A model generated the notes under the pieces. That model was not told the origin of the DNA. It saw nothing but the letters and a program-made list of their open reading frames with translations, and ran no database searches. A stretch of DNA of 64,000 nucleotides from Bacteroidia bacterium. GTDB taxonomy: Bacteria > Bacteroidota > Bacteroidia > Bacteroidales > GWF2-35-48. Each line of letters opens with the position of its first letter. Position 1 is the stretch's first letter. The position numbers and the translations under genes were made by a program. Shown piece by piece: positions 47,401 through 55,835 of the stretch. Location of the stretch: assembly GCA_016212695.1 (NCBI GenBank), contig JACREX010000048.1, positions 5,984-69,983 on the forward strand, read 5' to 3'.

Positions 47401-47681
47401 TTTTTATAGCGGGCTGCGAAGACGGTCTGATTCCCTATCATCTTTTCGAAAACCAACGGTCTGATACGGATGAAGAAAAACGGTTATTATATGTGGGCAT
47501 GACCCGTGCAGAAAAATTCCTGTACCTGACCCATGCGGAAAGGCGCTTTATCCTTGGCCGGGAATACAGCCTTTCCCGGAGTCCATTTATCGACAATATT
47601 GAAAAAGAACTCATCGAGATTTCAAAATCCGAACCAAAGAAAAAAGGAAAAAAAGACGAGGGGCAAATGAGCCTGTTTTAA
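44439..47681 (+). CDS. Fusion of an endonuclease-Q-like PHP/zinc-finger nuclease domain with a UvrD/Rep superfamily-1 helicase
   Basis: N-terminus: GDFHIHSHYSLATS (PHP metal site), NSDAHSPEKLG, zinc finger CNICWSP..CPVCNKK. C-terminus: helicase motifs AGPGTGKT (I), IDEYQDTN (II), TLHAAKGLEF, YVGMTRAEKFLYLT (VI). Confidence 0.8.
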   Translation: MKFIGDFHIHSHYSLATSGELIPEFLDYWARIKGIKVIGTGDFTHPKWTKELQEKTEPAEQGLYKIKNSFRKEIPFKIPNIDDETRFLLTTEISCIYKKQGKVRKVHNVIFAKDFETVEKIQRQLQKLNFNITSDGRPILGMDSKNLLELLLNINENIFFVPAHIWTPWFSVLGDKSGFETIEECFDDLTKYIHAVEMGLSSHPPMNWAVSFLDKYTLLANSDAHSPEKLGRNANILDSALSYNDIINTIKTGDKFLGTVSFFPQEGKYHFDGHRKCNICWSPLETLKHNGICPVCNKKVVVGVMNRVAQLADRDNILDRPNRRPFYSLIPLKEILAELTGKGGNTKDVVKNYQNLLQKAGPEFDLLLNIPIDEIKKIACGQIAEAIRRMRNGEVYIQEGYDGEFGIIKVMHKDEKSLAPHPDSLFGNRKTAVEKPAQKLINFDLKEYQKLKHVVSMAEPSQKPQPVVENTVAEKNTENKYGLNKEQNAAVEHNSGPALIIAGPGTGKTRALTYRIAYLINSCCIAPGNILAVTFTNKAAEEIKKRVEEIFEYKKTADAVSVSTFHALGLSVLKKNFEKTGRDKEFIIIDDNDKEQLFFHESFDKKQAKKIISSISEAKQNMLTAETIKDKEDAQLFARYEEALKNINAFDLDDLVYQPVLLFEKEPQILNECREKYQWMMIDEYQDTNFAQYRFTRLLMPDAQSNLCVIGDPNQAIYGFRGADVKYIRQFIADFPGAKVFRLTKSYRCSDRILKASEEIIQGKVVQSMLSGLQKGIKLKIAQHPSDKSEAEFIARAIENMIGGLRFFSIDSNIAEGNEESEIKSLSDFVVLCRMKDQFKAIEKAFNDHSIPYQVIGDTPFFRQDPVRSVLDILKTSVHTQNNFLVEKLSANKKIRKIDFGWLKKTAKGKTVKELISAIIEHSFVSEKETHESSFKKLMDFADSFNNRIDDFIEFTALGTATDLYIPSIENVTLMTLHAAKGLEFKCVFIAGCEDGLIPYHLFENQRSDTDEEKRLLYVGMTRAEKFLYLTHAERRFILGREYSLSRSPFIDNIEKELIEISKSEPKKKGKKDEGQMSLF

Positions 47682-47682
47682 A

Positions 47683-49026
47683 TTAAGGCATCAGGTTATA
47701 GCAAACCAAGGTCTGCAGATATCTCAGATAGAGTTTGCCATTTGCCATTACGGGAACCGTCCATGCCTGGTTTTTCACATTCTCCAGCGCAGATTTTATT
47801 TCCCCAACTTTAATAAATTTAGCAGGATCGGGTCTTACAAGATACAGGTTGCCTTTAATATCGAGACACAGCAAATAACCATCGGCAAAGGTTGTTGTTC
47901 CCCATCCTATTTCACCGCTGCTCCACATTTCTTTTCCGCTTGCAAATTCCACGCATTTGAAAAACCCTTTGTTCTGTGTACTCTGGCCGGAATAACCGTA
48001 AAGAAAGCCGTCAATAAGTATCGGATCCGAATGATGAGATGCGATGGCATTGTTTTTCCAGAGAACGGAATACCCGTCTTTTCTTGCTTTTATTGCCTGT
48101 CCTCCCATATTATAACCTGCGGTGTGGAAAATAATATCTTTGTCAACAAGAGGCGTGGTTGCATTAATGCCATGATCGGTTTCCCATGGAATGCGCCAGA
48201 GTTCTTTTCCGTTTTCCGGCTCAAGGCATGAAAGCCCTTTTGCGTGATATGCCAGAAGTTTCAAATCATTATCAATACTAACTAATGTTGATGCAGAATA
48301 CCCGGCGTCGCCTTCCATAGATTTCCATAAAACATCGCCGTTGATTTTATTATAGGCAACCACCAATGCTTTTCCGCCGCCCTTTACTATTACCATGTTT
48401 TTATAAACTAACGGCGATGAGGCAAAGCCCCAGCGCGGTTCCTGTCCGCCAATATCCTTCACATTTTTTTTCCATATCAGTTTACCGTTTTCAAGGCTCC
48501 AGCAGGCAAGATCGCCGCTGCGGCCAAAGGTATATACACAAATGCTGTCGATGCAGGCTGTAGCGCGGGAGCCGGGCCCGTGGCCGATTTCAGCATCTGC
48601 CGGATAAGAGCCTGCCCATATCAGTTTACCCGTTTCAGAATTTATACAAAAAACAAGATCGTTTTTTTCATCCCTGCCGGGGACAACAAGCCTGTTTCCC
48701 TGTACCACAGGAGAAGACCATGTGGCGGTCTGCTTACCCTGGCATAAATAATCTGCCTGCCAGAGTTTTTTTAATCCTTTTGTCCAATCGGTGTTTATAC
48801 CTGTTGTAACATTCTTTCCATCGAGACGTGAGCCACGCCAGCAGGGCCAGTCTGCAATTCCTTTTGTAAGAGGCACCACTTCTGCTGTAGTTGAGGGAAT
48901 TTTATCCAGTTTGCCCGAAATTTCTTCACTTCCCAATATCATGTGAAATGCCCTGTAAGCCAAAAAAATAATGATGGCAAACACTATAACAACAATGATC
49001 AATATAATTTTCCATTTCTTTTTCAT
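47683..49026 (-). CDS. Membrane-anchored PQQ-like beta-propeller repeat protein
   Basis: N-terminal TM (WKIILIIVVIVFAIIIFLAY). Propeller repeats (WSSPVVQGNRLVVPG.., FASSPLVYKNMVIVKGG.., HHSDPILIDGFLYGYSG..). Paralogous to 3..635. Confidence 0.7.
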   Translation of the reverse strand: MKKKWKIILIIVVIVFAIIIFLAYRAFHMILGSEEISGKLDKIPSTTAEVVPLTKGIADWPCWRGSRLDGKNVTTGINTDWTKGLKKLWQADYLCQGKQTATWSSPVVQGNRLVVPGRDEKNDLVFCINSETGKLIWAGSYPADAEIGHGPGSRATACIDSICVYTFGRSGDLACWSLENGKLIWKKNVKDIGGQEPRWGFASSPLVYKNMVIVKGGGKALVVAYNKINGDVLWKSMEGDAGYSASTLVSIDNDLKLLAYHAKGLSCLEPENGKELWRIPWETDHGINATTPLVDKDIIFHTAGYNMGGQAIKARKDGYSVLWKNNAIASHHSDPILIDGFLYGYSGQSTQNKGFFKCVEFASGKEMWSSGEIGWGTTTFADGYLLCLDIKGNLYLVRPDPAKFIKVGEIKSALENVKNQAWTVPVMANGKLYLRYLQTLVCYNLMP

Positions 49027-49156
49027 GAACTGATTTTTATAATTCGTGACGCAAAAATAAAATTTAAAATTAAATTATTCCAAAGATTCCCGTTTCTACT
49101 TAAAAACTCCTAATTTTACTGCGGCTTTGGTCCGTTTTATGCTTGTAATTGCAAAG

Positions 49157-52100
49157 ATGAAGCACGTCATTTACATTATAGCTTTTTTAATCCCTGCGCT
49201 GTTACTGACTTCTTCTGTTTTTGGCCAAAAGGATACGACAAAATCAGAGATGTCGTTTGATTTTGGCATCACGCGGGGAAAAAATATTGACCTGTGGCCG
49301 ATTTTCAAACGCTTCCGGAGTAAAGAGAGAAAAGATATTGAAGTATTATATCCGCTATTTCGCTATAACAGGAATTATACAAACCACACCAAACACACAA
49401 ATTTTTTCCCTTTCTGGTGGAACGACAGTTCTTCGGTTTCAAAAGATTTGAGGATCGGTACGCTTTATTATCCTTCCCTTATACATACTTCAAAAGACAG
49501 AAGCAAAGGCATCAGTTCTTTCAGGTTTATAGATCTCGCGCCTGAAATTAATTTTATTGAATTTACAAAATCCTCCGACGGGCTCTTTATCCAAAACAAT
49601 ATTTGTTTTCTATTATGGTATAAAAATGATCTCGCATTAAAAAATTCGCACCTGATCTTTTTCCCGGTTTACTGGTCGTTTAAAAATCCTGAAAGGACTT
49701 CGAACACATTCATACCGGTTTTTTCTTCGGGAACGTATCACAATAACCAGAATAAATATACGGTTGTAACCCCGCTGTTCTGGCATTTTCAGGAAGGCGA
49801 TGATTACAGGAATATACTCTTCCCCCTTTGGTGGAATAAAAAACAGGGATCCGGAGATAATTTAGTCAAATCAAATGTTGTATTCCCAATATACTGGTCG
49901 CTCAAAAACAAAGACAAAGACAACAAAATTTTATTTCCTGTGGTCTGGAGTCTGAAAAACTGCAATTATAATTCTTTCACTATTGCCCCGCTGTTTTCGG
50001 CAGGCCATTCTGCAGACGGGAAAAACAGCCACATCATGGCAACCCCGCTGTTCTGGCTCTTCAAAAAAAACGAAGAATATACCAATATTTTATTCCCGCT
50101 TTGGTGGAACATAAAGAGAGGTTCCGGAGACAATGCGGTTTTCACGAATGTCGTATTTCCGGTTTACTGGAACATGAAAGATGCCCGCTATACTTCAGTT
50201 ACTGTTCCCCCGCTTTTTTCAACGGGCCATTCCACAGACGGCAACAACGGACACCTGATGGTAACCCCGCTGTTCTGGCATTTCAAAGAAGGCGACGGAT
50301 ACAGAAATGTATTGTTCCCTTTCTGGTGGAATAAAAAAACAGGCAGCGGCGAGGATGCGGTTTATAAAAATTATGTATTCCCGCTGTACGGATCTTATAA
50401 AAACCGCTATAATAGCTGTCATATTCTATTCCCCGTATTATGGCACTTCAGGGACGAGAAATACACTTCTCTGACTATAGCGCCGATATTATCCGCCGGA
50501 CATTCTCCGGACGGGAAAAAAAGCCATTTAATGCTTAGCCCGCTGTTCTGGCAATTCAAAGACGGCGACGATTACAGGAATATTTTATTCCCTGTATGGT
50601 GGAATAAAAAAGAAAGTTCAGGGGACAATGCGGTCTATTCAAATATTGTTTTTCCCTTCTACTGGTCTTATAAAGACAAAGACCGCGACAACCAGGTTTT
50701 ATTCCCTGTTCACTGGAAGATGAAAAATAAAAAATATAGCTCTTACACCTTCGCCCCGCTGTTTTCCACCGGCCATTCTCCGGATTCTTCAAGAACGCAT
50801 TTAATGGTCAGCCCGCTGATATGGTTCACCAAAAAAAACGACGTTACACGCAGCGCCGTTTTCCCGTTATACTGGACCTATAAAGACAAGGTGAAAGAAA
50901 TCAAGATCATGCTTCCCATGTTCTGGAGTATAAAAGACACAGCCTACACTTCGGTAACGGTGGCGCCGCTTTTTTCAAAGGGACATTCGGCAGACAACAG
51001 GAAAAGCTACCTGATGGCAACCCCGCTATACTGGCATTTCAAAGACCGCGACGGATACAGGAATATTTTGTTCCCGCTGTGGTGGAACAAAAAAACCGGA
51101 GACGGGGAAAATGAGAGATACTCCAATGTGATCTTCCCGCTATATTTTGCTTTCAAAAATCGTGACAGAGACGACAAAGTGCTGTTTCCCGTTTTCTGGA
51201 AAATGAAAGATAATTATTACAGTTCGGTTACTCTTTTTCCGTTGTTTTCAACCGGCCATTCGCCGGATGACAAAGAGAAACACCTGACGATTTCACCGCT
51301 GTTCTGGCATTATCAAAATGATGGGAATTATAAAAACGTATTGTTCCCGATATGGTGGTATAAAAAAAGCGGATCCGGGGAAAATGAAAAATATACCAAT
51401 GTAATCTTCCCTCTCTATTGGGCTTATAAAGATCATGACGAAAACAACAGGATTTTATTTCCTGTATTCTGGAGCATGAAAAATTCAAAATATAACTCCT
51501 TAACAGTTGCGCCAATATTTTCAACAGGCCATTCCGCTGACGATACAAGAAGTCATTTGATTGTAACCCCGCTGTTCTGGCATACCAAAGAAAAAGACGG
51601 TTACAGCAATGTTTTGTTTCCTCTCTGGTGGAATCAGAAATACGGCGAAGGCGAAAATGAAGTCCGTTCTAATGTACTATTTCCAATATACTGGTCTTAC
51701 AAAGACAAAAACACAGATAATAAAGTTGTGTTCCCTGTACACTGGAGACTGAAAAATGAACATTATTCATCTTATACTTTTTTCCCGCTGTTCTCTAAAG
51801 GCCATTCTCCTGATGAAAGCGAGAGCCACTTAGTAGTGACCCCGCTGTTCTGGAATATTAAAAAACGGGATGAACATAACCGGGTGTTGTTTCCGCTATG
51901 GTGGTATATAAAACGCGGAGAAGGAGAAAACGAAACCTGTACAAATGTAGTTTTTCCGCTGTATTGGGCATTTAAAAACAGGAACGAAGACAATAAAGTG
52001 CTGTTCCCAGTTTACTGGAACTTAAAAAATTTTAAATACCATTCTGTTACCATTTTCCCGATATTTTCCAAAGGAGAGTCGCCGGATGGCAATAAAAATC

Positions 52101-53344
52101 ATGTAATGGCGACCCCTCTGTTCTGGCATTTCAAAGAAGGCGACCGCTGCGATAATGTGCTGTTCCCGATCTGGTGGAACAAAAAACAGGGTTCAGGCGA
52201 AAACGAGATTTCATACAACGTGGCATTCCCGTTATACTGGTCGTTTAAAAATAAAGATAAAAATAACACAATATTTTTCCCGGTTCTCTGGAAATTTAAA
52301 AATTCACATTACTCGTCATTTACGGTTCCTCCGTTGTTTTCGGCAGGCCATTCGGCAGACGACAAAAACAACCATTTAGTGGTAACGCCGCTGTTCTGGC
52401 ATTTTAAAAAAGACGAAGAATACAGTAATATTTTATTCCCAATCTGGTGGAATAACAAATGGGGAAAAGGTGAAAATTCAATATATACCAATGTGGTGTT
52501 CCCGCTTTACTGGGCATATAAAGACCTGCATAAAAACAACAAAGTTTTGTTCCCGTTGGTCTGGAGTTTCAAACATACCCGGTATAGTTCTCTCACCATT
52601 CTTCCCGTATTCTCCGCAGGCCATTCTCCGGATAATTCGTACGGACATTTAATGATCACCCCGCTGTTCTGGAAGATCAAAAAGCCGGGATATCAAAGGC
52701 TGGTTCTATTCCCTGTAATTGATACCTATTCCGACACTGCCGGAAAATCGGATTTTAATTTGCTGTATATTATTTTCAGGACAAGCAAAGAAAAAGAAAG
52801 AAGAACATTCAGTTTCCTGTGGCCAATCTGCGAATTCAAAAAAGACATTGATTACAGGTATTTCAGGTTTGCGCCGGTGATATGGTATGAAAAATCAAAG
52901 ACCTCGCAATATTTCTCCGTGCAGCCTTTATTCTATTACAAAAAAGATACGGTATCAAAAAATTACAATATCCTCTGGCAACTTTATACCACCAAAAATT
53001 TCTTCCACATAAAAAAATCGAAAAATATTTTATGGAAAGTTGTTACCTTGGATAAATATTACAACAATGATTATGAATTCAGGATACTGCATCTCTTATA
53101 TGCAAATATAAATAAAGACGGAAACATAGAACGGAGCATATTCCCGCTTTACCACTATACAAAAGAAAAGAACGGCAACCGGTCGCTGGCAATCCTGTTT
53201 TATTTCTATAATTCGTTTAAACGGCAGATCACCGATACGGATGAGTTTTATCAGGAAGTGAGGATATTCTGGTTTGTCAGGCTGAAGTCGAACTACAAGG
53301 TGCTGAAAGCAAAAGGAATTAATGAGAATCTTATAAAGCAGTGA
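49157..53344 (+). CDS. Very large secreted tandem-repeat protein of unknown function (aromatic FPLxW units; 91-aa super-repeat)
   Basis: Signal peptide MKHVIYIIAFLIPALLLTSSVFGQ (ATG 49157; the listed start 49127 is non-ATG). There are 12 occurrences of the anchor (T/S)PL(F/I/Y)W, mostly 273 nt apart (49770, 50043, 50265, 50538, 50811, 51020, 51294, 51567, 51840, 52113, 52386, 52659). No stop codon over 4.2 kb. Confidence 0.8.
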   Translation: MKHVIYIIAFLIPALLLTSSVFGQKDTTKSEMSFDFGITRGKNIDLWPIFKRFRSKERKDIEVLYPLFRYNRNYTNHTKHTNFFPFWWNDSSSVSKDLRIGTLYYPSLIHTSKDRSKGISSFRFIDLAPEINFIEFTKSSDGLFIQNNICFLLWYKNDLALKNSHLIFFPVYWSFKNPERTSNTFIPVFSSGTYHNNQNKYTVVTPLFWHFQEGDDYRNILFPLWWNKKQGSGDNLVKSNVVFPIYWSLKNKDKDNKILFPVVWSLKNCNYNSFTIAPLFSAGHSADGKNSHIMATPLFWLFKKNEEYTNILFPLWWNIKRGSGDNAVFTNVVFPVYWNMKDARYTSVTVPPLFSTGHSTDGNNGHLMVTPLFWHFKEGDGYRNVLFPFWWNKKTGSGEDAVYKNYVFPLYGSYKNRYNSCHILFPVLWHFRDEKYTSLTIAPILSAGHSPDGKKSHLMLSPLFWQFKDGDDYRNILFPVWWNKKESSGDNAVYSNIVFPFYWSYKDKDRDNQVLFPVHWKMKNKKYSSYTFAPLFSTGHSPDSSRTHLMVSPLIWFTKKNDVTRSAVFPLYWTYKDKVKEIKIMLPMFWSIKDTAYTSVTVAPLFSKGHSADNRKSYLMATPLYWHFKDRDGYRNILFPLWWNKKTGDGENERYSNVIFPLYFAFKNRDRDDKVLFPVFWKMKDNYYSSVTLFPLFSTGHSPDDKEKHLTISPLFWHYQNDGNYKNVLFPIWWYKKSGSGENEKYTNVIFPLYWAYKDHDENNRILFPVFWSMKNSKYNSLTVAPIFSTGHSADDTRSHLIVTPLFWHTKEKDGYSNVLFPLWWNQKYGEGENEVRSNVLFPIYWSYKDKNTDNKVVFPVHWRLKNEHYSSYTFFPLFSKGHSPDESESHLVVTPLFWNIKKRDEHNRVLFPLWWYIKRGEGENETCTNVVFPLYWAFKNRNEDNKVLFPVYWNLKNFKYHSVTIFPIFSKGESPDGNKNHVMATPLFWHFKEGDRCDNVLFPIWWNKKQGSGENEISYNVAFPLYWSFKNKDKNNTIFFPVLWKFKNSHYSSFTVPPLFSAGHSADDKNNHLVVTPLFWHFKKDEEYSNILFPIWWNNKWGKGENSIYTNVVFPLYWAYKDLHKNNKVLFPLVWSFKHTRYSSLTILPVFSAGHSPDNSYGHLMITPLFWKIKKPGYQRLVLFPVIDTYSDTAGKSDFNLLYIIFRTSKEKERRTFSFLWPICEFKKDIDYRYFRFAPVIWYEKSKTSQYFSVQPLFYYKKDTVSKNYNILWQLYTTKNFFHIKKSKNILWKVVTLDKYYNNDYEFRILHLLYANINKDGNIERSIFPLYHYTKEKNGNRSLAILFYFYNSFKRQITDTDEFYQEVRIFWFVRLKSNYKVLKAKGINENLIKQ

Positions 53345-53547
53345 TAAAAAGAAACAAAGGAGAAGGCATCGCCGAGTTTTTCGCTGTGGTCGTAAATGAA
53401 TGCGTTAATTTCTTTCAGGAAAAGTTTTAATGTTTCGGGGTCACGATATTGCAAATAAGCATTTTTAAAAATATCACGGCATTATTTATTTTTGTTTTAG
53501 TATCGGTATCGAGCATAATTATTTTTTGTTTTTTTCTTTAAAATGTG

Positions 53548-53586
53548 CGACCCCGAAGGGGTCGTATATCGTCCCCGGTTTTTTTT
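53548..53586 (+). terminator. GC-rich hairpin (CGACCCC-GAA-GGGGTCG) followed by a T8 run; candidate terminator or small structured RNA
   Basis: 7-bp perfect stem at 53548-53564 and T8 at 53579-53586. The 14-nt gap between stem and T-run is atypical for a terminator. A second hairpin, GAATCC-TTCG-GGATTC, lies at 53597-53611. Confidence 0.35.
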
Positions 53587-53658
53587 ATAAACATTTGAAT
53601 CCTTCGGATTCGATTACTTATTCTCAATTTTATTAAACTATTTCTCATTGGCTCAAAA

Positions 53659-53721
53659 CTAATCAAAATCTGATTCTTCAAGTAATTTATTGATTTTTAT
53701 TCTTGCTTTTGCTTCTTTCAT
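53659..53721 (-). pseudogene. 20-codon remnant resembling the N-terminus of a type I restriction (HsdR-like)/restriction-helicase gene
   Basis: The minus strand reads ATG AAA GAA GCA AAA GCA AGA ATA AAA ATC AAT AAA TTA CTT GAA GAA TCA GAT TTT GAT TAG = MKEAKARIKINKLLEESDFD*. The pattern E.(K/Q).RI.I(D/N)..L...G is typical of such N-termini. Recognition is from memory only. Confidence 0.3.
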
Positions 53722-53746
53722 ATTCTAATAAATCAGAATGACAAAG

Positions 53747-55138
53747 TTAATTAAAACACGCAAGAATCCACTGCTTAATATACTCCAGAACTTCCGGAGA
53801 AAATGTTTCTTCTATCTTGCTGTATTCCGTGGGAGAACCGGTGGTGCAATGCTGAAACAGGTGGTTTAATCCCGGAAATTCCTTTACAGTATAATCTTTG
53901 CATTTACCTTTTTTCACAACATCTTCAATCGCTTTCAGATTTTCTTTGGATGGCACCTGCAAATCCTTTTCCCCATTCAAAGCAAGCAGCGGGCATTTTA
54001 CTTTTTTTAATGCTTTTCCCGGATTGTACGCCAGAAAAAAACGGAACCAGGGAGAGGTAAGCTGCATCATGCCGGATTGTATAGTTGCCCATGAATACCT
54101 GTCTTTTTCATCGGCAGTCATCTTCTTATACATGCCGTCCATGAATTCTTTCATCCTGGCAACAGCCTTTTTATTGTCTCTGTTTTTCTTAACAATCGAG
54201 TACATTGTTTTACTGATAAAACTGTTTTTCCTGATATCTTCTTCGGATACATTTTCGGCTTTCGAAATAAGAGCCGATTGAAGCATCAGTATTTCTTCGC
54301 CTGTAAACGCAGTGCCTGCCAGCATGATAATAAATGCAGCATCTTTTGCAACCATGGGCGCAATGATCCCTCCCTCGCTATGGCCTATCAAACCGATTTT
54401 ATGAATATCAATCATGGAATCGGTCTTTAAAAAATCGAGCGCCACTTTGGCATCGCGGGCAAAATCTTCGGTGGTGCAAACCGCAAAATTTCCCGTTGAT
54501 TTCGCCGTGCCGCGGTCGTCGTAGCGCAATACGGCAATGCCGTTGCGCGAAAGATAATCGGCAATGATCCAGAAGGGTTTGTGCCCCAGTATTTCCTCAT
54601 CGCGGTTCTGCCGTCCCGATCCGGTTATAAGAATCACTGCCGCACAGGGCTTATCTGTTTTTGGGATCGTAAGCGTGCCGGCAAGAGTAACATTGTCTTT
54701 TTTATTATCAAAGGTCACTTCCTGAATATCGTAGGGGAACGGTTCTTTGGGTTCCTGCGGCCTTACCAGAACAAACGCTTCTTTAGTCCGTTTCAGATCA
54801 AGAGGTATTTTTCCGTTTTGCTTCCACTCGCCGGTAATTAAGCTGTCGCCCTTCTGCAATACTCCCGTATATTTTACTCCTGCCGATTTTATGCTAAGAT
54901 CAAGAGTATCATTCCTGAAATCTATTTTAGTTACTTTAATGTCTTTTGCTCCCTGATCCGGGCTGTCCATCATGACAAAAATGACCCCGTTCTCTTCTGT
55001 GATCCGGAAAACAATCCGTAATTCTATGGCATTGGTTTTTATGACTCCGAGCCAGTTGCCAAGCACTCTTTTCTGCTGCTGGCCGAATGCGCAGATGCAG
55101 TATAAAAACAGTAAAAATATAAATGCGATTTTTTTCAT
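53747..55138 (-). CDS. Secreted alpha/beta-hydrolase (serine hydrolase)
   Basis: Signal peptide. Nucleophile elbow GLIGHSEGG. C-terminal GEKDLQVP and LNHLF (Asp/His region). Confidence 0.75.
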   Translation of the reverse strand: MKKIAFIFLLFLYCICAFGQQQKRVLGNWLGVIKTNAIELRIVFRITEENGVIFVMMDSPDQGAKDIKVTKIDFRNDTLDLSIKSAGVKYTGVLQKGDSLITGEWKQNGKIPLDLKRTKEAFVLVRPQEPKEPFPYDIQEVTFDNKKDNVTLAGTLTIPKTDKPCAAVILITGSGRQNRDEEILGHKPFWIIADYLSRNGIAVLRYDDRGTAKSTGNFAVCTTEDFARDAKVALDFLKTDSMIDIHKIGLIGHSEGGIIAPMVAKDAAFIIMLAGTAFTGEEILMLQSALISKAENVSEEDIRKNSFISKTMYSIVKKNRDNKKAVARMKEFMDGMYKKMTADEKDRYSWATIQSGMMQLTSPWFRFFLAYNPGKALKKVKCPLLALNGEKDLQVPSKENLKAIEDVVKKGKCKDYTVKEFPGLNHLFQHCTTGSPTEYSKIEETFSPEVLEYIKQWILACFN

Positions 55139-55139
55139 C

Positions 55140-55796
55140 TCAGGTCAATTTTTTAATTACCATTAAACCATCGTGTATGGGAAACAATACGTTCTGAACC
55201 CGCCCGTCCTGCTGAACAAAATCATTAAAGGCAAGTATTCCGCGGGTAAAATGATCGCTGCCCGGGAGATCCTTTTTCACCACCTTTCCGCTCCATAAAA
55301 CATTGTCGGCAATAATAAAACCGCCTTTCCTTACTTTATCAAAAACCAAATTGTAATAATCAAGATACTGTTTTTTCTCACCATCAATAAATACAAGGTC
55401 AAAGGTTCTGTTAATCTCCGGAATGATCTTCAGCGCATCGCCAATATGAAAGTGAATTTTATGCGTAAGGTTTGCCTTTTTAAAATATGACAGGGCAAGT
55501 TCTGCGATCTCATCGTTGATTTCTATGGTATGCAATTCGCCTTTATCCGGAAGCGTCTGCGCCATGCAGATAGCAGAATACCCGGTAAAGGTGCCGATTT
55601 CAAGAATATATTCCAGGTTCACCATATGGCAGAGCATCTGCAGAATTTTTCCCTGAAGATGGCCGGAACACATACGCGGATGCATAATCCGTACATGGGT
55701 CTCGCGGTAAAGCTCTTTTAAAAGTTCGCTTTCCGGCTCGGTGTGGTCGAGGATATATTGTTCCAGATAGTCGCTAAAAGAATTGTCGGTAATCAT
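55140..55796 (-). CDS. Class I SAM-dependent O-methyltransferase (caffeoyl-CoA OMT / YrrM-like)
   Basis: LEIGTFTGYS SAM loop and FDLVFIDGEKKQY metal/substrate motif. 218 aa. Confidence 0.85.
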   Translation of the reverse strand: MITDNSFSDYLEQYILDHTEPESELLKELYRETHVRIMHPRMCSGHLQGKILQMLCHMVNLEYILEIGTFTGYSAICMAQTLPDKGELHTIEINDEIAELALSYFKKANLTHKIHFHIGDALKIIPEINRTFDLVFIDGEKKQYLDYYNLVFDKVRKGGFIIADNVLWSGKVVKKDLPGSDHFTRGILAFNDFVQQDGRVQNVLFPIHDGLMVIKKLT

Positions 55797-55835
55797 GGGT
55801 TACAGTTATTTAATCGGGAATCAGTTAGTCTGGTT

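Noticed and set aside
47679-47685. Convergent stop codons of the helicase fusion (TAA 47679-47681) and the propeller gene (TTA 47683-47685), only 1 nt apart, as a possible antisense-regulation arrangement.
   Set aside because: This is real in the sequence, but tight convergent gene ends without a terminator are not rare in compact genomes. There is nothing further to support a regulatory role.
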